NCBI GenBank assembly: GCA_023434145.1
Contig: JAEYTI010000365.1
Location: 1,001-65,000 of the forward strand
Length of the DNA: 64,000 nucleotides
Source: Chloroflexota bacterium
GTDB taxonomy: Bacteria; Chloroflexota; Anaerolineae; Anaerolineales; Anaerolineaceae
Reading direction: 5' to 3'
Shown here: positions 52,480 through 62,145 of the stretch, one piece after another
Layout of the letters: the number at the start of each line of letters is the position of its first letter
Position numbering within the stretch: position 1 is the stretch's first letter
Translations under genes and position numbers: made by a program
Notes under the pieces: generated by a model
The model's database searches: none
What the model was told of the DNA's origin: nothing
What the model saw: only the letters and a program-made list of their open reading frames with translations

Positions 52480-53763
52480 TTAATGGGTCTGGTACGGCTG
52501 GACGGCTTCCCAGCGCGGTTCGGCTGTGTCTTCGCGGAAGCGGTACAGCGGGCGGAAAGTGACCTGATCGCCTTCAGCCTCACCCACCTGGTTGATGGCC
52601 ACAATCCGGCGGGTTTCCCGGCGGATGCCGATCTGCACCAGGAGATCGATTGAGGCGGCGATCATCTGGCAGGCTTCTTCGCGGCCGATGTGCTGGTCGG
52701 TGCCTAGGATCGTAGCCATGCGCTGCACCGCCTCTCGCGGGCTGTCGGCATGGAAGGTGCACGCGCCCGAGTGGCCGGTCATCATGGCCCGGAAGAGGGC
52801 CATGGCCGCCTGCCCGTCGCGCACCTCGCCGACGATCAGATAGTCGGGCGACATGCGCAGCGCATCATCCACACCGTTGGCCAGCGTGTACGGCTGGACT
52901 TCCGTCCCGCGTGCCTGCGGCCGCGCTTCCACGGTCTGCACGGTCGTCCGGTCGATCCAGATTTCCTCTGGGTCTTCGATCTTGACAATGCGCCAGGGGA
53001 GGGGCAGGAAGTTGCACAGCGCCGAGAGCAGGGTGGTCTTGCCCGTGCGCGTACCGCCGCAGATCAGGATGCGCGCCCCTGACTGAACCGCCGCTTGCAG
53101 GGTCTCCAGCATCGCCTGATCAAGCACGCCGCGTTCCAGAATCCACTCCGGGCGCACCGGCTTTTGCTCATACAAGCGAATATTGATGACCGGATTGCGC
53201 CCGGGTGGGGCGATCACCGGATGGAGCGCCTTGATCCGCCCGCCGCCGGGGTTGGCCGGGGTGGCGGGCAGGCGCGCGTTGACGGAGGGGTTGACCTCAT
53301 TCAGGTTCTTGTTCTGCGGTCCCAGCAAGCGGTCCAGCACGCGCCAGATCTCATCCGGCTCTGGGCGCAAGGGGATCGTTTCCCAGCGCACGCTGCCTTT
53401 TTTCATCACCTGCAGCAGACCCGAGGAATACAGCGCCAGCTCGGAGAGGTCCGTGCGCGCCGGAGGCAGGAGCAAATCGAGAAAGCCCAAGCCCGTCAGT
53501 CGCCGTACCAGTTCGTTTGCCAGCTCGTTTTCTTCCGCCTGGCTGGCCGGCAAACTGCGCCGGCGCAGGCCCGTTGAGACCAGGGCGGCGATGCGTTCGC
53601 GGATCTGCGCTCGTTGCGCCTCGGATGGTCCCTGCAGCACCGCCGCAGGGAACTCGCGGTTGATCTGGTCGATAACTTCGTTGATCACGCCTTCGCGTTC
53701 TTTGGAGTCGAGGGCGCGCTGTTCGCTGGCGCTGGTATCGTAAAAGCTAAGAATATTGGACAT
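52480..53763 (-). CDS. cpaF: CpaF/TadA secretion ATPase
   Basis: 427 aa. Walker A CGGTRTGKTTLL, Walker B-like IVKIEDPEE, GEVRD and TGHSG boxes. Confidence 0.9.
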   Translation of the reverse strand: MSNILSFYDTSASEQRALDSKEREGVINEVIDQINREFPAAVLQGPSEAQRAQIRERIAALVSTGLRRRSLPASQAEENELANELVRRLTGLGFLDLLLPPARTDLSELALYSSGLLQVMKKGSVRWETIPLRPEPDEIWRVLDRLLGPQNKNLNEVNPSVNARLPATPANPGGGRIKALHPVIAPPGRNPVINIRLYEQKPVRPEWILERGVLDQAMLETLQAAVQSGARILICGGTRTGKTTLLSALCNFLPLPWRIVKIEDPEEIWIDRTTVQTVEARPQARGTEVQPYTLANGVDDALRMSPDYLIVGEVRDGQAAMALFRAMMTGHSGACTFHADSPREAVQRMATILGTDQHIGREEACQMIAASIDLLVQIGIRRETRRIVAINQVGEAEGDQVTFRPLYRFREDTAEPRWEAVQPYQTH

Positions 53764-53772
53764 AGGACGCTC

Positions 53773-55050
53773 CTAACGAAACAGGCGAAAGACGCCTTTC
53801 TTTTCCCGGTTGCTCACCTCAGGCTCCATGCCCGGATAGAGGTGCTTGTAAATGCTGCGGATGCCTTGAGCGAAATCGTCCAAAGCGGCGGACGGCGGGT
53901 TGCCCTGGTCTTGCTTGAGGGGCAGCTCGTCTACGCGCGGGATTATGGCTGCCACTGGCGGGGTCCAGCCGTCAAACTCTTTGCCCAGCGCGTCGAGAAA
54001 GGCGCGCGGGGTCATCGGCGCATGGTCGTGCACCTGGTTCAGCACCAGGAAGATGGCTTCACGCGGGATGCGGTGTTCGGCGCTCATCTGTTCGAGGAGC
54101 AGCTGCAGGGTATGACGCGTGCCGGCGACGTCTGCAAGAGTTGGCCGGGTCACCACAACCGCCGTATTGGCCGCGGTGATGCCCTCCAGCGTCCATGGCT
54201 GCTCACCGGGCGGCAGGTCCAGCAGCACTGCCGCGTAGTTACGCGTCCAGGTGGCCGAAAGCAGCCCGTGCAGACCGGATGGTTTGTCCCCGGTACTTTG
54301 CACTGCCAGTGCGTATTCGACGGAATTGGCCGGCGCGGTGATCACATCCAGCTTTTCATACTTCTGGATGGCGGCGTTGAAGCCATCCACCGGGCGGCGG
54401 ATAAACTCCATGGCGCTCGGGACATAGCGCAGATCCAGGTGCAGCGTGGCAGCCGGCGGCAGGTCGCAGCTGAGGAGCAGCGTCTGCAGGTTATTGCGCA
54501 CGGCCAGCTCATACCCCAGGGCTTCCGCAATCGTGGAGCGGCCGGTCCCGCCTTTCGCGGACAGGAAGGCGATCACCCGCGTGCCGGTTGCGACGGACCG
54601 CGCCCGGGATGGCTCGCTATAGGCCTGGCGTAGCGGGGTTGCGGCAACCCGCCGGGCGCGCTCGTTGTTGACCGCCAGCCACCCGGCCTCGACCACTTCT
54701 TGCCAGCGCACCTGCGGCAGCGTGTAAACATGCCGCACGGTGGAAACCTTACTGAGCAGGCCATAGGCGTGGTTGTACTCCGGGGGTAAGATGGCCAGCG
54801 CTACCCCGTGCCACTTTTGCAGCGCGGACAAGAGGTCCACCAGTGCTTCGCCGGATGGAGCAATCGCGGCATTCACCACCAGCAGGTCCGGCTGCAGCAT
54901 TTCCAGGTTTTTGGTCAGATCCTCCCAACTGTACACATTCGTGCTCAAGCGGAAGCGGCCGTCCCCGAAAAAAGGGCCCAGCATGACATCGTGTAGGAAT
55001 GCTGAATTTTGGGCTGCCAGCATCACAGATACTTTGAGTTCCTCGGCCAT
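53773..55050 (-). CDS. tadZ: TadZ/CpaE-like protein (receiver-like N-domain plus ParA/MinD-type ATPase with an atypical P-loop)
   Basis: 425 aa. The P-loop reads FLSAKGGTGRSTIAEALG, with Arg where the canonical GK[ST] Lys would sit. Confidence 0.75.
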   Translation of the reverse strand: MAEELKVSVMLAAQNSAFLHDVMLGPFFGDGRFRLSTNVYSWEDLTKNLEMLQPDLLVVNAAIAPSGEALVDLLSALQKWHGVALAILPPEYNHAYGLLSKVSTVRHVYTLPQVRWQEVVEAGWLAVNNERARRVAATPLRQAYSEPSRARSVATGTRVIAFLSAKGGTGRSTIAEALGYELAVRNNLQTLLLSCDLPPAATLHLDLRYVPSAMEFIRRPVDGFNAAIQKYEKLDVITAPANSVEYALAVQSTGDKPSGLHGLLSATWTRNYAAVLLDLPPGEQPWTLEGITAANTAVVVTRPTLADVAGTRHTLQLLLEQMSAEHRIPREAIFLVLNQVHDHAPMTPRAFLDALGKEFDGWTPPVAAIIPRVDELPLKQDQGNPPSAALDDFAQGIRSIYKHLYPGMEPEVSNREKKGVFRLFR

Positions 55051-55059
55051 CCCCGGCTC

Positions 55060-55983
55060 CTAAGGCTGCGGTGTAGCAGCGGGTTGCGCAGCAGCGCCGT
55101 CTTCCTGCAGCGACTGGTAGAAAGCGCCCAGGTTGAGGGTATGGACATCCGCCGGTAGCGTCAGGCCTGCTGCCGGTTCCATTGCCAGGGTCAGTGCGCC
55201 GTATTTGTCCAGCGCCGCGATCAAGGTGGCTGCGTTGAGGGATACTCCGGGCAGCACCTCGACGGTCTGGGTGGGTACGTCCAGGACAATGACGCTGCCT
55301 GACTGGCTGGCCGAGGTCGTCCGGGCGGAAGAAAACATTTGCTCCTCGCTCGCGCCGGCCGGCACTTCTTGGTAGCGAAAGCCCTGCGGGACCATCAGTA
55401 CCTTGATCCCGGTCAAGGCCAGGCGCGCCAGCGGCGCTTGCGGCGGGCGAACGGTGGGGGTTGGGCTGGGTTCGGGAGTAGGCGCGGTTGGATCCATGGG
55501 GCCTGCAGGTTCTGGGATTTCGATCGAGACCGGCTCGAGCATGTTGACGTCACGCAGAATATCCGGCGAGAGCATGCCGATTACCGTCACGGTCTGCCCG
55601 GGGCGCAAGAGCCCCGCCACGCCGCTCGAAAGATCCACTTTCACTGCCAGGGCCACGTGCCCTTCAGCGAGTTCGGCCGGAATGCCGGCCTGGGCCGTGT
55701 CGCCCAGGATGGAAGCGGTGACGATATCGCCTGGCGCGCGGCCGACCGCGACCATCTTGCCGGCCACCTGTTCCGCCTGGGCGAAGGCGTCTTTCGGCCG
55801 GGCCTGGGCTGGCACGGTTTTTACTTCGACCAGGTCAGCGGTGAGCACGGTACCAGGGGCAATGACCACCTTTGCCACCACGACCGGCACCGGGCGGATG
55901 ATGCCGTTGAGTAAAACGATGGTCAGCAGGCCAATCAGCACGGCCAGGACGATAGGGACAACGGGCGAGCGTTTCTTGAACAT
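55060..55983 (-). CDS. cpaB: CpaB/RcpC-like Flp pilus assembly protein (SAF domain)
   Basis: 307 aa. N-terminal TM, then ..VVVAKVVIAPGTVLTADLVEVKTVPAQ... Pro-rich middle region. Confidence 0.75.
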   Translation of the reverse strand: MFKKRSPVVPIVLAVLIGLLTIVLLNGIIRPVPVVVAKVVIAPGTVLTADLVEVKTVPAQARPKDAFAQAEQVAGKMVAVGRAPGDIVTASILGDTAQAGIPAELAEGHVALAVKVDLSSGVAGLLRPGQTVTVIGMLSPDILRDVNMLEPVSIEIPEPAGPMDPTAPTPEPSPTPTVRPPQAPLARLALTGIKVLMVPQGFRYQEVPAGASEEQMFSSARTTSASQSGSVIVLDVPTQTVEVLPGVSLNAATLIAALDKYGALTLAMEPAAGLTLPADVHTLNLGAFYQSLQEDGAAAQPAATPQP

Positions 55984-55990
55984 AGTTGCG

Positions 55991-58900
55991 TTAACCTCCA
56001 GTGGAAGATAGAGACAGCCGCGCCAATATTTCGCCGTCAGACGGCTCGCGGCTGCGGATGATGAGGGGATGAACCAGCATGGGCTCCATGTCAGCCACCT
56101 CGGTCGAGTAGCCGAGCTTCACCACAGCGTACTCGCGCGGGATGCGGGCCAGGTAGCGCTTGTATTCGGTGTTGACGATGCCCTTTTCGCTACGCCCGAT
56201 GTGCGCCAGCACCAGGTCGCGGTCCTTGGGGTTTTTGGTCTGGTAGATGAACAGGTTGCCGCACGAGGAGAGGAGGCCGTCGGGGGTTTCCGAGACCGTC
56301 TGCACCAGGATGTGTGAGAGCACGCGGTACTTGCGCCCGTCGCGGAACTGGTTGAGGATCGTCTCCGACACCTGGCTTTTGCCAGCCGTCGAACCACCCT
56401 GGTCTGAGGCTGCGCCACCCGAAACGCCCGAGATGATCTTATTCGCCTCTTCAAAGAAGATCTGCATGGGTGGAAAGCTGCGACCATCCAATGATTCGCG
56501 CCGGCGCTTGACCGCATCGAGATACAGGATCGAGTCGAGCAGCGAGAACAGGGCCGCTTTGGCGTACTCGTCCATCTCCGCGCCGCCCTCGATGACCGTG
56601 ATGCCCCAACGCTCTTCATCCTCCGGCCCGTTGAGCCCCAGATCCTCAATGGCGATGGTGTCCTCACCCGGCCCATACATGGCCTGCATCTCGCCCTCTG
56701 CCAGCGGGTCGATGCGCAGCAGCACCCCTTGCAGCGACGTGCGGCTGGAGAGGTCTTTTTCATGCTTCTTGAGCAGCTGGCGCAGTTGCTTTACCCAAGC
56801 CACGAGCGAACAGGAGCGGCTGCGGAAGATGTAGAGGGCCTGCTTTTCTAGCTCGGTGAGCAGCGAGAGTGAGCTGCCCAGAACACTCCGCTGGTTCAGT
56901 CCCTGTTCCATGCGCGCCCGGTTGATGGCCTCTTCCTCTTTTACACTGCGCACGAAGCGGTAGGCGCTGCGCAGTGTGCAGAGATCACGGATATAGCGCT
57001 GCCGGCGGGTTTCGCGTTCGTCATCCGCATCATCCTTCTTGCCACGCGGGAAATCGGGGATCTCACTCTCCTCGAACAGCTCTTCGCCTTCCGGGATGAC
57101 CAGCACACCGGCATTTTTGTAAATCGTGGTCAGCGCCTCGCGCATAAAACCCAGCTGCCGCGCGCCCATCCTCCCGGCGTTGGCAAACATCTCGACCACC
57201 AGGTTGCGGTAGGCCACCGGCCGGATGCGCCGGGGCACCTGCAGCGGGTTCCAGCGGATGGGCCGCACCGCGCCGGGGTAGAGCTGGCGGATATCCACCC
57301 GGCCCGCCAGCCCTGGCCAGTTCAAGGCTTTGCGCCAGCCCTGGCCAAAGTCCAGCACGATCGTGCGGTAGTGCCAGCGCAACGTGGTTTCGTAGGCCAG
57401 CCGCTCGGCTGAAACGGTCTTGCCAAAGCCGGTGTCACCGACAAAGGCCGTGTGGAAGTGCCGCTCGGGCGTTAGTTTCAACTGCGCGCCGGTCAGCTCG
57501 CCGGTCTCCACGCTCCACAGGTGGCCGAGCACCACATCCCCCGGCATTTCCGGTACGTAGGCAAACTCGGGCGTGGATTCCTGTACCGTGAGGGCCGTGC
57601 CCTGCTCGAACATGCCTGGCGCGGTATAGGCCGCGGTTTGCAGCATGGTCAGCAGGGTCGAGTCGGCATAGCCGGAAAGCACCTCCGGGACGCTTTCCAC
57701 GCGGGTGGAGGGCGTAAAGGTGCGCGCGTGCAGATGAATATAGGCCTCCTCTGCCTGGGTCAGGTCGCGTGTCTGCACGCCGGTGATGACATCTTCGGTG
57801 CCGTGAAAGGCCTCCGGGATCAGGCCCATCAGCGCCCGCTTACCGTCCGCGCTGCGCGAGAGGGCGTAAACGTCCGTGTAATACGCGCCTTCTTTCGACG
57901 CAGTCAGGAGCAGCTGTTGCTGCATGCGCAGGAGGTGCGTGACCAGCAGGACCGGATCGTTCTGCCACTGGTAGGAATTAGAGATCGAAAAGGACGGCGC
58001 AACACCGACCGATAACCCGGCCGAAACCCCATGCCCCAGCATCTGGCTGGCCGTCTGGTTCTGCATGCGGCTGTCAGCCTGGGACGTGGTAGCTGACTGC
58101 GAGTTGGTGACGGATTGGCTGGTGGTGTCAGCGGTCGAGTTGGTAATCGACCCAGACGTACCCCAGGATTCGCTTCGGGAATGCGTGACCGATGCGCTGC
58201 TGGTGGCTGCAGTTGAGTTGGTCTGGGCGTGCGAGGTGGTATCCGCCTGCCCGTTGGTTTCGGCGTGGCTGGTAGTATCGGAGGACATCGAGGAACTGGC
58301 ATAGCCGTCCGCCGAACCCCAGCCGACACTGGCACCAATCGACCCGTCTGCAATCACCACGCCGCCCTTAAGCCCGCCGTTCAAGCCCCAATTAAAGCTG
58401 TCCACGTGGGATGAAGAGGAAGAGGATCCTTCTGTATGGGAAGAGCCATCCGTGACGGAGTGGCTTTCCGTGTGCGAGCTGCCCTCGGTCGTGGCTTGCC
58501 CAACTGTGTTCGCGGTTCCCGTGCTGACCGCTTCGCCTTCGCTGACGGTATGGGACCACCCATATGAGGAAGCGTGACCGGTGGTATGGGCAGAGCCTGT
58601 GCTGTTGGCCAGCCCGGTGGAATGCGCAGAGCCATCGGTATGCGAGCTGCCTTCACCCGTGCTGTAGCCCAGCCCTGTGTTTTGCGCGAGCGCCCCGGAG
58701 AGGATGGCCGGCAGGCTGATGCCAAAGCTGGCTGCGCGTGAGCCAGTCTGCCAGGCCGACCAGGCGGCGGTATGCTCGGCCAGGCCGGCCAGCATCTCGG
58801 TAATGGCCTCGATCCCCACCGGGCTGGTCAATACCAGGTACAGGAATTCTTCCTTGAGATCCGCCATACCCCGAAAGAGGATTTCATTCTGCTGCATGCT

Positions 58901-59548
58901 CAAAGGGGCACCCGCATGCCCTTCACCGGTCAGTGGATTGCGCAGGGCCGCGGAAGGATTGGACCGCGCCGCTTCCCGAGGGTCGGGATGGCCAACCGTC
59001 ACCAGGGTATGCTTCATTTCGCTAAAGGCGCTGAAGATCCACTGGCACAGGCGGGTATCGAGCGGGGAGACGCGGATCTGCCGGTATGCGCCGGCCAGCG
59101 CTGCCCGCAGCGCGGCCAGATGCTGGCGCGACTCCTCGACCGCCTGGTCGAGATTGGGCGAAAAGGTGGCGACGCCGTAGCACTGCAGGATGCCCACCGG
59201 CGGGTTGAAGATCCCGGCCACCAGGTAGATCAGATCCACTTGCGAGCCGTATAGCCCACGCAGTACTGTGCGCATCTTCTGCAGTAGTCCCGCATCCGCC
59301 CGCGCTTCGAGGGGCAGAAAGCGTAGCTGCAGCAGGCGCACCACCCGGTAGCCAGAGAAGCCGTATTCGCCCTCGCGCACCTCCAGCCGGTACCAGAAAT
59401 AGTCCAGCGCATCGCGATCCGGGCAAAAGGCAATCCCGCTGTCCAGGACGGATAAATCCTGGGGAATGCTGGTTCCCCCGCTCGGCCCCAGCCAGCGTGG
59501 GGCCAGCTCGTGGACAGTATGGATGGCGCGTTCAATCAAATCGGTCAT
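55991..59548 (-). CDS. FtsK/HerA-superfamily P-loop ATPase (1185 aa) with a large N-terminal region interrupted by a ~235-aa Ser/Thr/Gly/His-rich insert
   Basis: Walker A FVGDTGFGKTVSAERL, Walker B MQIFFEEANKI, distal NLFIYQTKNPKDRDLVL block. The layout matches the 920-aa ATPase at 34596-37358. Confidence 0.75.
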   Translation of the reverse strand: MTDLIERAIHTVHELAPRWLGPSGGTSIPQDLSVLDSGIAFCPDRDALDYFWYRLEVREGEYGFSGYRVVRLLQLRFLPLEARADAGLLQKMRTVLRGLYGSQVDLIYLVAGIFNPPVGILQCYGVATFSPNLDQAVEESRQHLAALRAALAGAYRQIRVSPLDTRLCQWIFSAFSEMKHTLVTVGHPDPREAARSNPSAALRNPLTGEGHAGAPLSMQQNEILFRGMADLKEEFLYLVLTSPVGIEAITEMLAGLAEHTAAWSAWQTGSRAASFGISLPAILSGALAQNTGLGYSTGEGSSHTDGSAHSTGLANSTGSAHTTGHASSYGWSHTVSEGEAVSTGTANTVGQATTEGSSHTESHSVTDGSSHTEGSSSSSSHVDSFNWGLNGGLKGGVVIADGSIGASVGWGSADGYASSSMSSDTTSHAETNGQADTTSHAQTNSTAATSSASVTHSRSESWGTSGSITNSTADTTSQSVTNSQSATTSQADSRMQNQTASQMLGHGVSAGLSVGVAPSFSISNSYQWQNDPVLLVTHLLRMQQQLLLTASKEGAYYTDVYALSRSADGKRALMGLIPEAFHGTEDVITGVQTRDLTQAEEAYIHLHARTFTPSTRVESVPEVLSGYADSTLLTMLQTAAYTAPGMFEQGTALTVQESTPEFAYVPEMPGDVVLGHLWSVETGELTGAQLKLTPERHFHTAFVGDTGFGKTVSAERLAYETTLRWHYRTIVLDFGQGWRKALNWPGLAGRVDIRQLYPGAVRPIRWNPLQVPRRIRPVAYRNLVVEMFANAGRMGARQLGFMREALTTIYKNAGVLVIPEGEELFEESEIPDFPRGKKDDADDERETRRQRYIRDLCTLRSAYRFVRSVKEEEAINRARMEQGLNQRSVLGSSLSLLTELEKQALYIFRSRSCSLVAWVKQLRQLLKKHEKDLSSRTSLQGVLLRIDPLAEGEMQAMYGPGEDTIAIEDLGLNGPEDEERWGITVIEGGAEMDEYAKAALFSLLDSILYLDAVKRRRESLDGRSFPPMQIFFEEANKIISGVSGGAASDQGGSTAGKSQVSETILNQFRDGRKYRVLSHILVQTVSETPDGLLSSCGNLFIYQTKNPKDRDLVLAHIGRSEKGIVNTEYKRYLARIPREYAVVKLGYSTEVADMEPMLVHPLIIRSREPSDGEILARLSLSSTGG

Positions 59549-59695
59549 ACGGTTTTTACCCTCCGGTCAAGTGCTTGCCGCTTGGTCCATGCCGGCAAAG
59601 TGGTTTCTGGAAAAAGCGTCCGGTAAAACAGGAGCCACCTTTCCGGCATGGAACGAGAGACAAGGGCTGGGCGCGCCGTGACGCGCCCAATTACT

Positions 59696-59977
59696 CTAAA
59701 GCTGGGGATCAGGGGAAATCCCCAAGGCATCCTGCCCAGTATCCTGCCCGTCACGGCGAGCAGTCCGGTAGTTGCGCTTATTGCGCCCGTAGTGGTAGTG
59801 CATGCGGGCTTCGATCAGGTGGTTGGCCCGAACGACCCGAGGAATGCGGTTATGCTTAAGCGTGTAGCGCAGGGCATACGCCGCGAAAGCGACCGCCGAG
59901 ACGACGATCAGGCAGGCCAGGGCAATCAGGCCGATGACAACCGGTAAAGCGAAGGTTCCAATCTGGTGCATATTCAT
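59696..59977 (-). CDS. Small single-TM protein with a basic tail (93 aa)
   Basis: TM LPVVIGLIALACLIVVSAVAFAAYAL followed by an Arg/Lys/His-rich segment. Confidence 0.5.
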   Translation of the reverse strand: MNMHQIGTFALPVVIGLIALACLIVVSAVAFAAYALRYTLKHNRIPRVVRANHLIEARMHYHYGRNKRNYRTARRDGQDTGQDALGISPDPQL

Positions 59978-60109
59978 GTCGTGGCTCCTGGTAGGTTCAG
60001 ACGCTTGGGTTTCAGATACGATCGAAGTACGATGGTTTCGTAGACTGCACTTCAGGGCAGGTCCGCGTATGGATCAGGGGATCCGCAGAGGATCACCGGA
60101 CGCATCCGC

Positions 60110-60805
60110 CTACCTGCGGCTCTGGGTGTGGCGAAGAAAAGCACGGACGTCGCCGCGTGGGCTAAGCGCGCTGCGCGGGTTGACCAGGAGTTGCTGGAGC
60201 AGGAGCGAGCCAAAGCCCAGCGGAATGACCAGCCAGAGCGCCCACAAGACCACCGTGGTTACGCTGGAACGGGTGTTGGCGATCACCGCTGCGGCCGAGT
60301 CGGTCGAGCCGATCAAGCCGGCCCACTGTTCGGGCGTCAGCTGAGCGGTGTAGCTGAGGTAGATGCGGCTGGCGATCACCGCCAGGCTGTAGAGGATCAG
60401 CCCAGTTTTGACGAACCACAGCGTGTTTTCGCGTTGGTGGTCGGGGGCGAGGAAGATCCCCGCCAGCCCGACCAGCCACATGCCTGCGCCAATCCAGGGC
60501 ACTGGCTCGCGGATCAGAAATTGCGCCAGTAGCCACAACCCAAGGGCGATCCCGGTCAGGAGCGCGGACATCGGCAGGATAGGGAGGGAAGCACTGGAGA
60601 GGTTGTCCATCGCGCCGCGCCGGGGAACAAAGCCGGCTTTCGCCTGGGCGGGTAAGTCAAACCAGTGGAAGCAGCCATACGCGCTCCCCAGGCTGACCAG
60701 TGAGGGAAAATTGGCAGCGAGCTGGTAGACAATCACCAGCAACCCGTTTGCAAAGTACACTGGCAGGTCCGCCAGCAGCATTCCCAGCCCATCCAGGGTC
60801 GACAT
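60110..60805 (-). CDS. Polytopic membrane protein (231 aa)
   Basis: About six hydrophobic helices. Its start overlaps the stop of the upstream gene by 1 nt. Confidence 0.6.
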   Translation of the reverse strand: MSTLDGLGMLLADLPVYFANGLLVIVYQLAANFPSLVSLGSAYGCFHWFDLPAQAKAGFVPRRGAMDNLSSASLPILPMSALLTGIALGLWLLAQFLIREPVPWIGAGMWLVGLAGIFLAPDHQRENTLWFVKTGLILYSLAVIASRIYLSYTAQLTPEQWAGLIGSTDSAAAVIANTRSSVTTVVLWALWLVIPLGFGSLLLQQLLVNPRSALSPRGDVRAFLRHTQSRR

Positions 60806-62142
60806 TACTCACCGCCTCCAGGCAAAGAGCGCACCAGGGTCAGGAAAACCTGCAATCGGCCGCTGCCGTTCAAGGTCCGCGCGCGGGTATAAGGTGTACC
60901 GGCGGTTTGCACGGTCAGGGTCAGGTCGAAGGTGCCTGGGTCGGCGAACGGAACTTTCAGCAGGCTTGCAGTCGCCGTGCAGGTATTGCCGCTGCAGCCG
61001 GTCTCATACTTGCCACGACCTGGCACGAGATTGATGTTGGGGTTCTTCAGGCCGGCCTCGTACCATTTCCCGGCCAGGTCGGTGGTGATCCAGACCCGGC
61101 TGGCCGCGTCAAGCGACGCCTGGGCGGTCAGGTTCGTGATACGCTCCGGGTACTGGTCGATGTGCTGGCGGCACTCGTAGCCGACCACTTCTTCATCCTG
61201 CACGCCCCGGCTGCCGCTGGCAGTGGTGCAGTTGGTCGTTTCGCCGGCATTGGGCGCGCGGCAGACATCTTCCTTTTTCTCCACGCGCTCATACCAGGTC
61301 CGGACGACCGGCGGGATGCTGACCGAAACATGGACATCCGCGCCCCGTTTTTCGGGATCCTGACCGATGACCAGCGGTTTTGCCGGTTCCGTTTTGATAA
61401 TCGAGAGCGATGGGCTGCCCTGGGAGATGGTCGCTGCCGGGCAGTTGATCGGTGTTGGCGGTGTTTTCGTTGGGTCATTTGGCTTCTTTGGTTGGACGCC
61501 TTTGCACCCACCCGGCACCTGGGTGCAGTTGATCGCCCCATTTTTATAGAGTAGCAGCCCCAGGCGTGGATCCATATCTGCGAAGGAGAGCGTCGCCAGG
61601 TCGGCGAGGAAGTCGAATCCGGAGAACCAGGTCCAGACGTTCTCATTGCCGTTGATCACCGACTGCCAGAAGTCGCTGGGGTTGACATATTCTGGGTGCT
61701 GGCTAGAAACCCTGTCCCAGTCGATGTTGTTGCCAAGGAGCGCACCCAATGCTTCCGCGGCGGCCATGCCACCGATGCCCACCTGGGAGGTCGCGTCGGC
61801 AAATCCGCTTTCGACCGGATTAGCGGCCATCATCACCAGGGTGAGGGGGGAGGGAAGAACGACGATATTGCCATCCGGGGTTTGGTAGCGATGGTAGTTG
61901 GCATCCAGATCGATTTCTGCGCCCAGGGGCAGCTGGATATCCATCCACTCAGCCGGTTCCGTAGACTCGCCGAGGTCGGTGAGGTTATCGAAGCGGATAT
62001 TGCCGTTTTCATCGACCACCTCACCCCAACCAGATTCTTCCTCCTGCGCTTGGGCCTTGAGGATCGGCTGCGTCAGGTTGAAGACTAGCAGAAGGGCAAC
62101 CGCCATGAAAAAGAAAGAACGACGAATAGAGGTATGGATCAT
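60805..62142 (-). CDS. Secreted hypothetical protein (445 aa)
   Basis: Signal peptide FFFMAVALLLVFNLTQPILKAQA. Several Cys pairs and a Pro/Thr/Lys linker. Confidence 0.6.
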   Translation of the reverse strand: MIHTSIRRSFFFMAVALLLVFNLTQPILKAQAQEEESGWGEVVDENGNIRFDNLTDLGESTEPAEWMDIQLPLGAEIDLDANYHRYQTPDGNIVVLPSPLTLVMMAANPVESGFADATSQVGIGGMAAAEALGALLGNNIDWDRVSSQHPEYVNPSDFWQSVINGNENVWTWFSGFDFLADLATLSFADMDPRLGLLLYKNGAINCTQVPGGCKGVQPKKPNDPTKTPPTPINCPAATISQGSPSLSIIKTEPAKPLVIGQDPEKRGADVHVSVSIPPVVRTWYERVEKKEDVCRAPNAGETTNCTTASGSRGVQDEEVVGYECRQHIDQYPERITNLTAQASLDAASRVWITTDLAGKWYEAGLKNPNINLVPGRGKYETGCSGNTCTATASLLKVPFADPGTFDLTLTVQTAGTPYTRARTLNGSGRLQVFLTLVRSLPGGGE

Positions 62143-62145
62143 GCC

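Noticed and set aside
50888-56011. Long + strand ORFs (50888..51622, 50910..51599, 53614..54633, 55339..56011 and others) opposite tadC, tadZ and cpaB
   Set aside because: Same reasoning: antisense shadows of well-supported Tad genes.
60700-61554. 284-aa + strand ORF opposite the 445-aa secreted-protein gene
   Set aside because: An antisense shadow ORF that is Arg/Gly/Ala-rich and has no start context.
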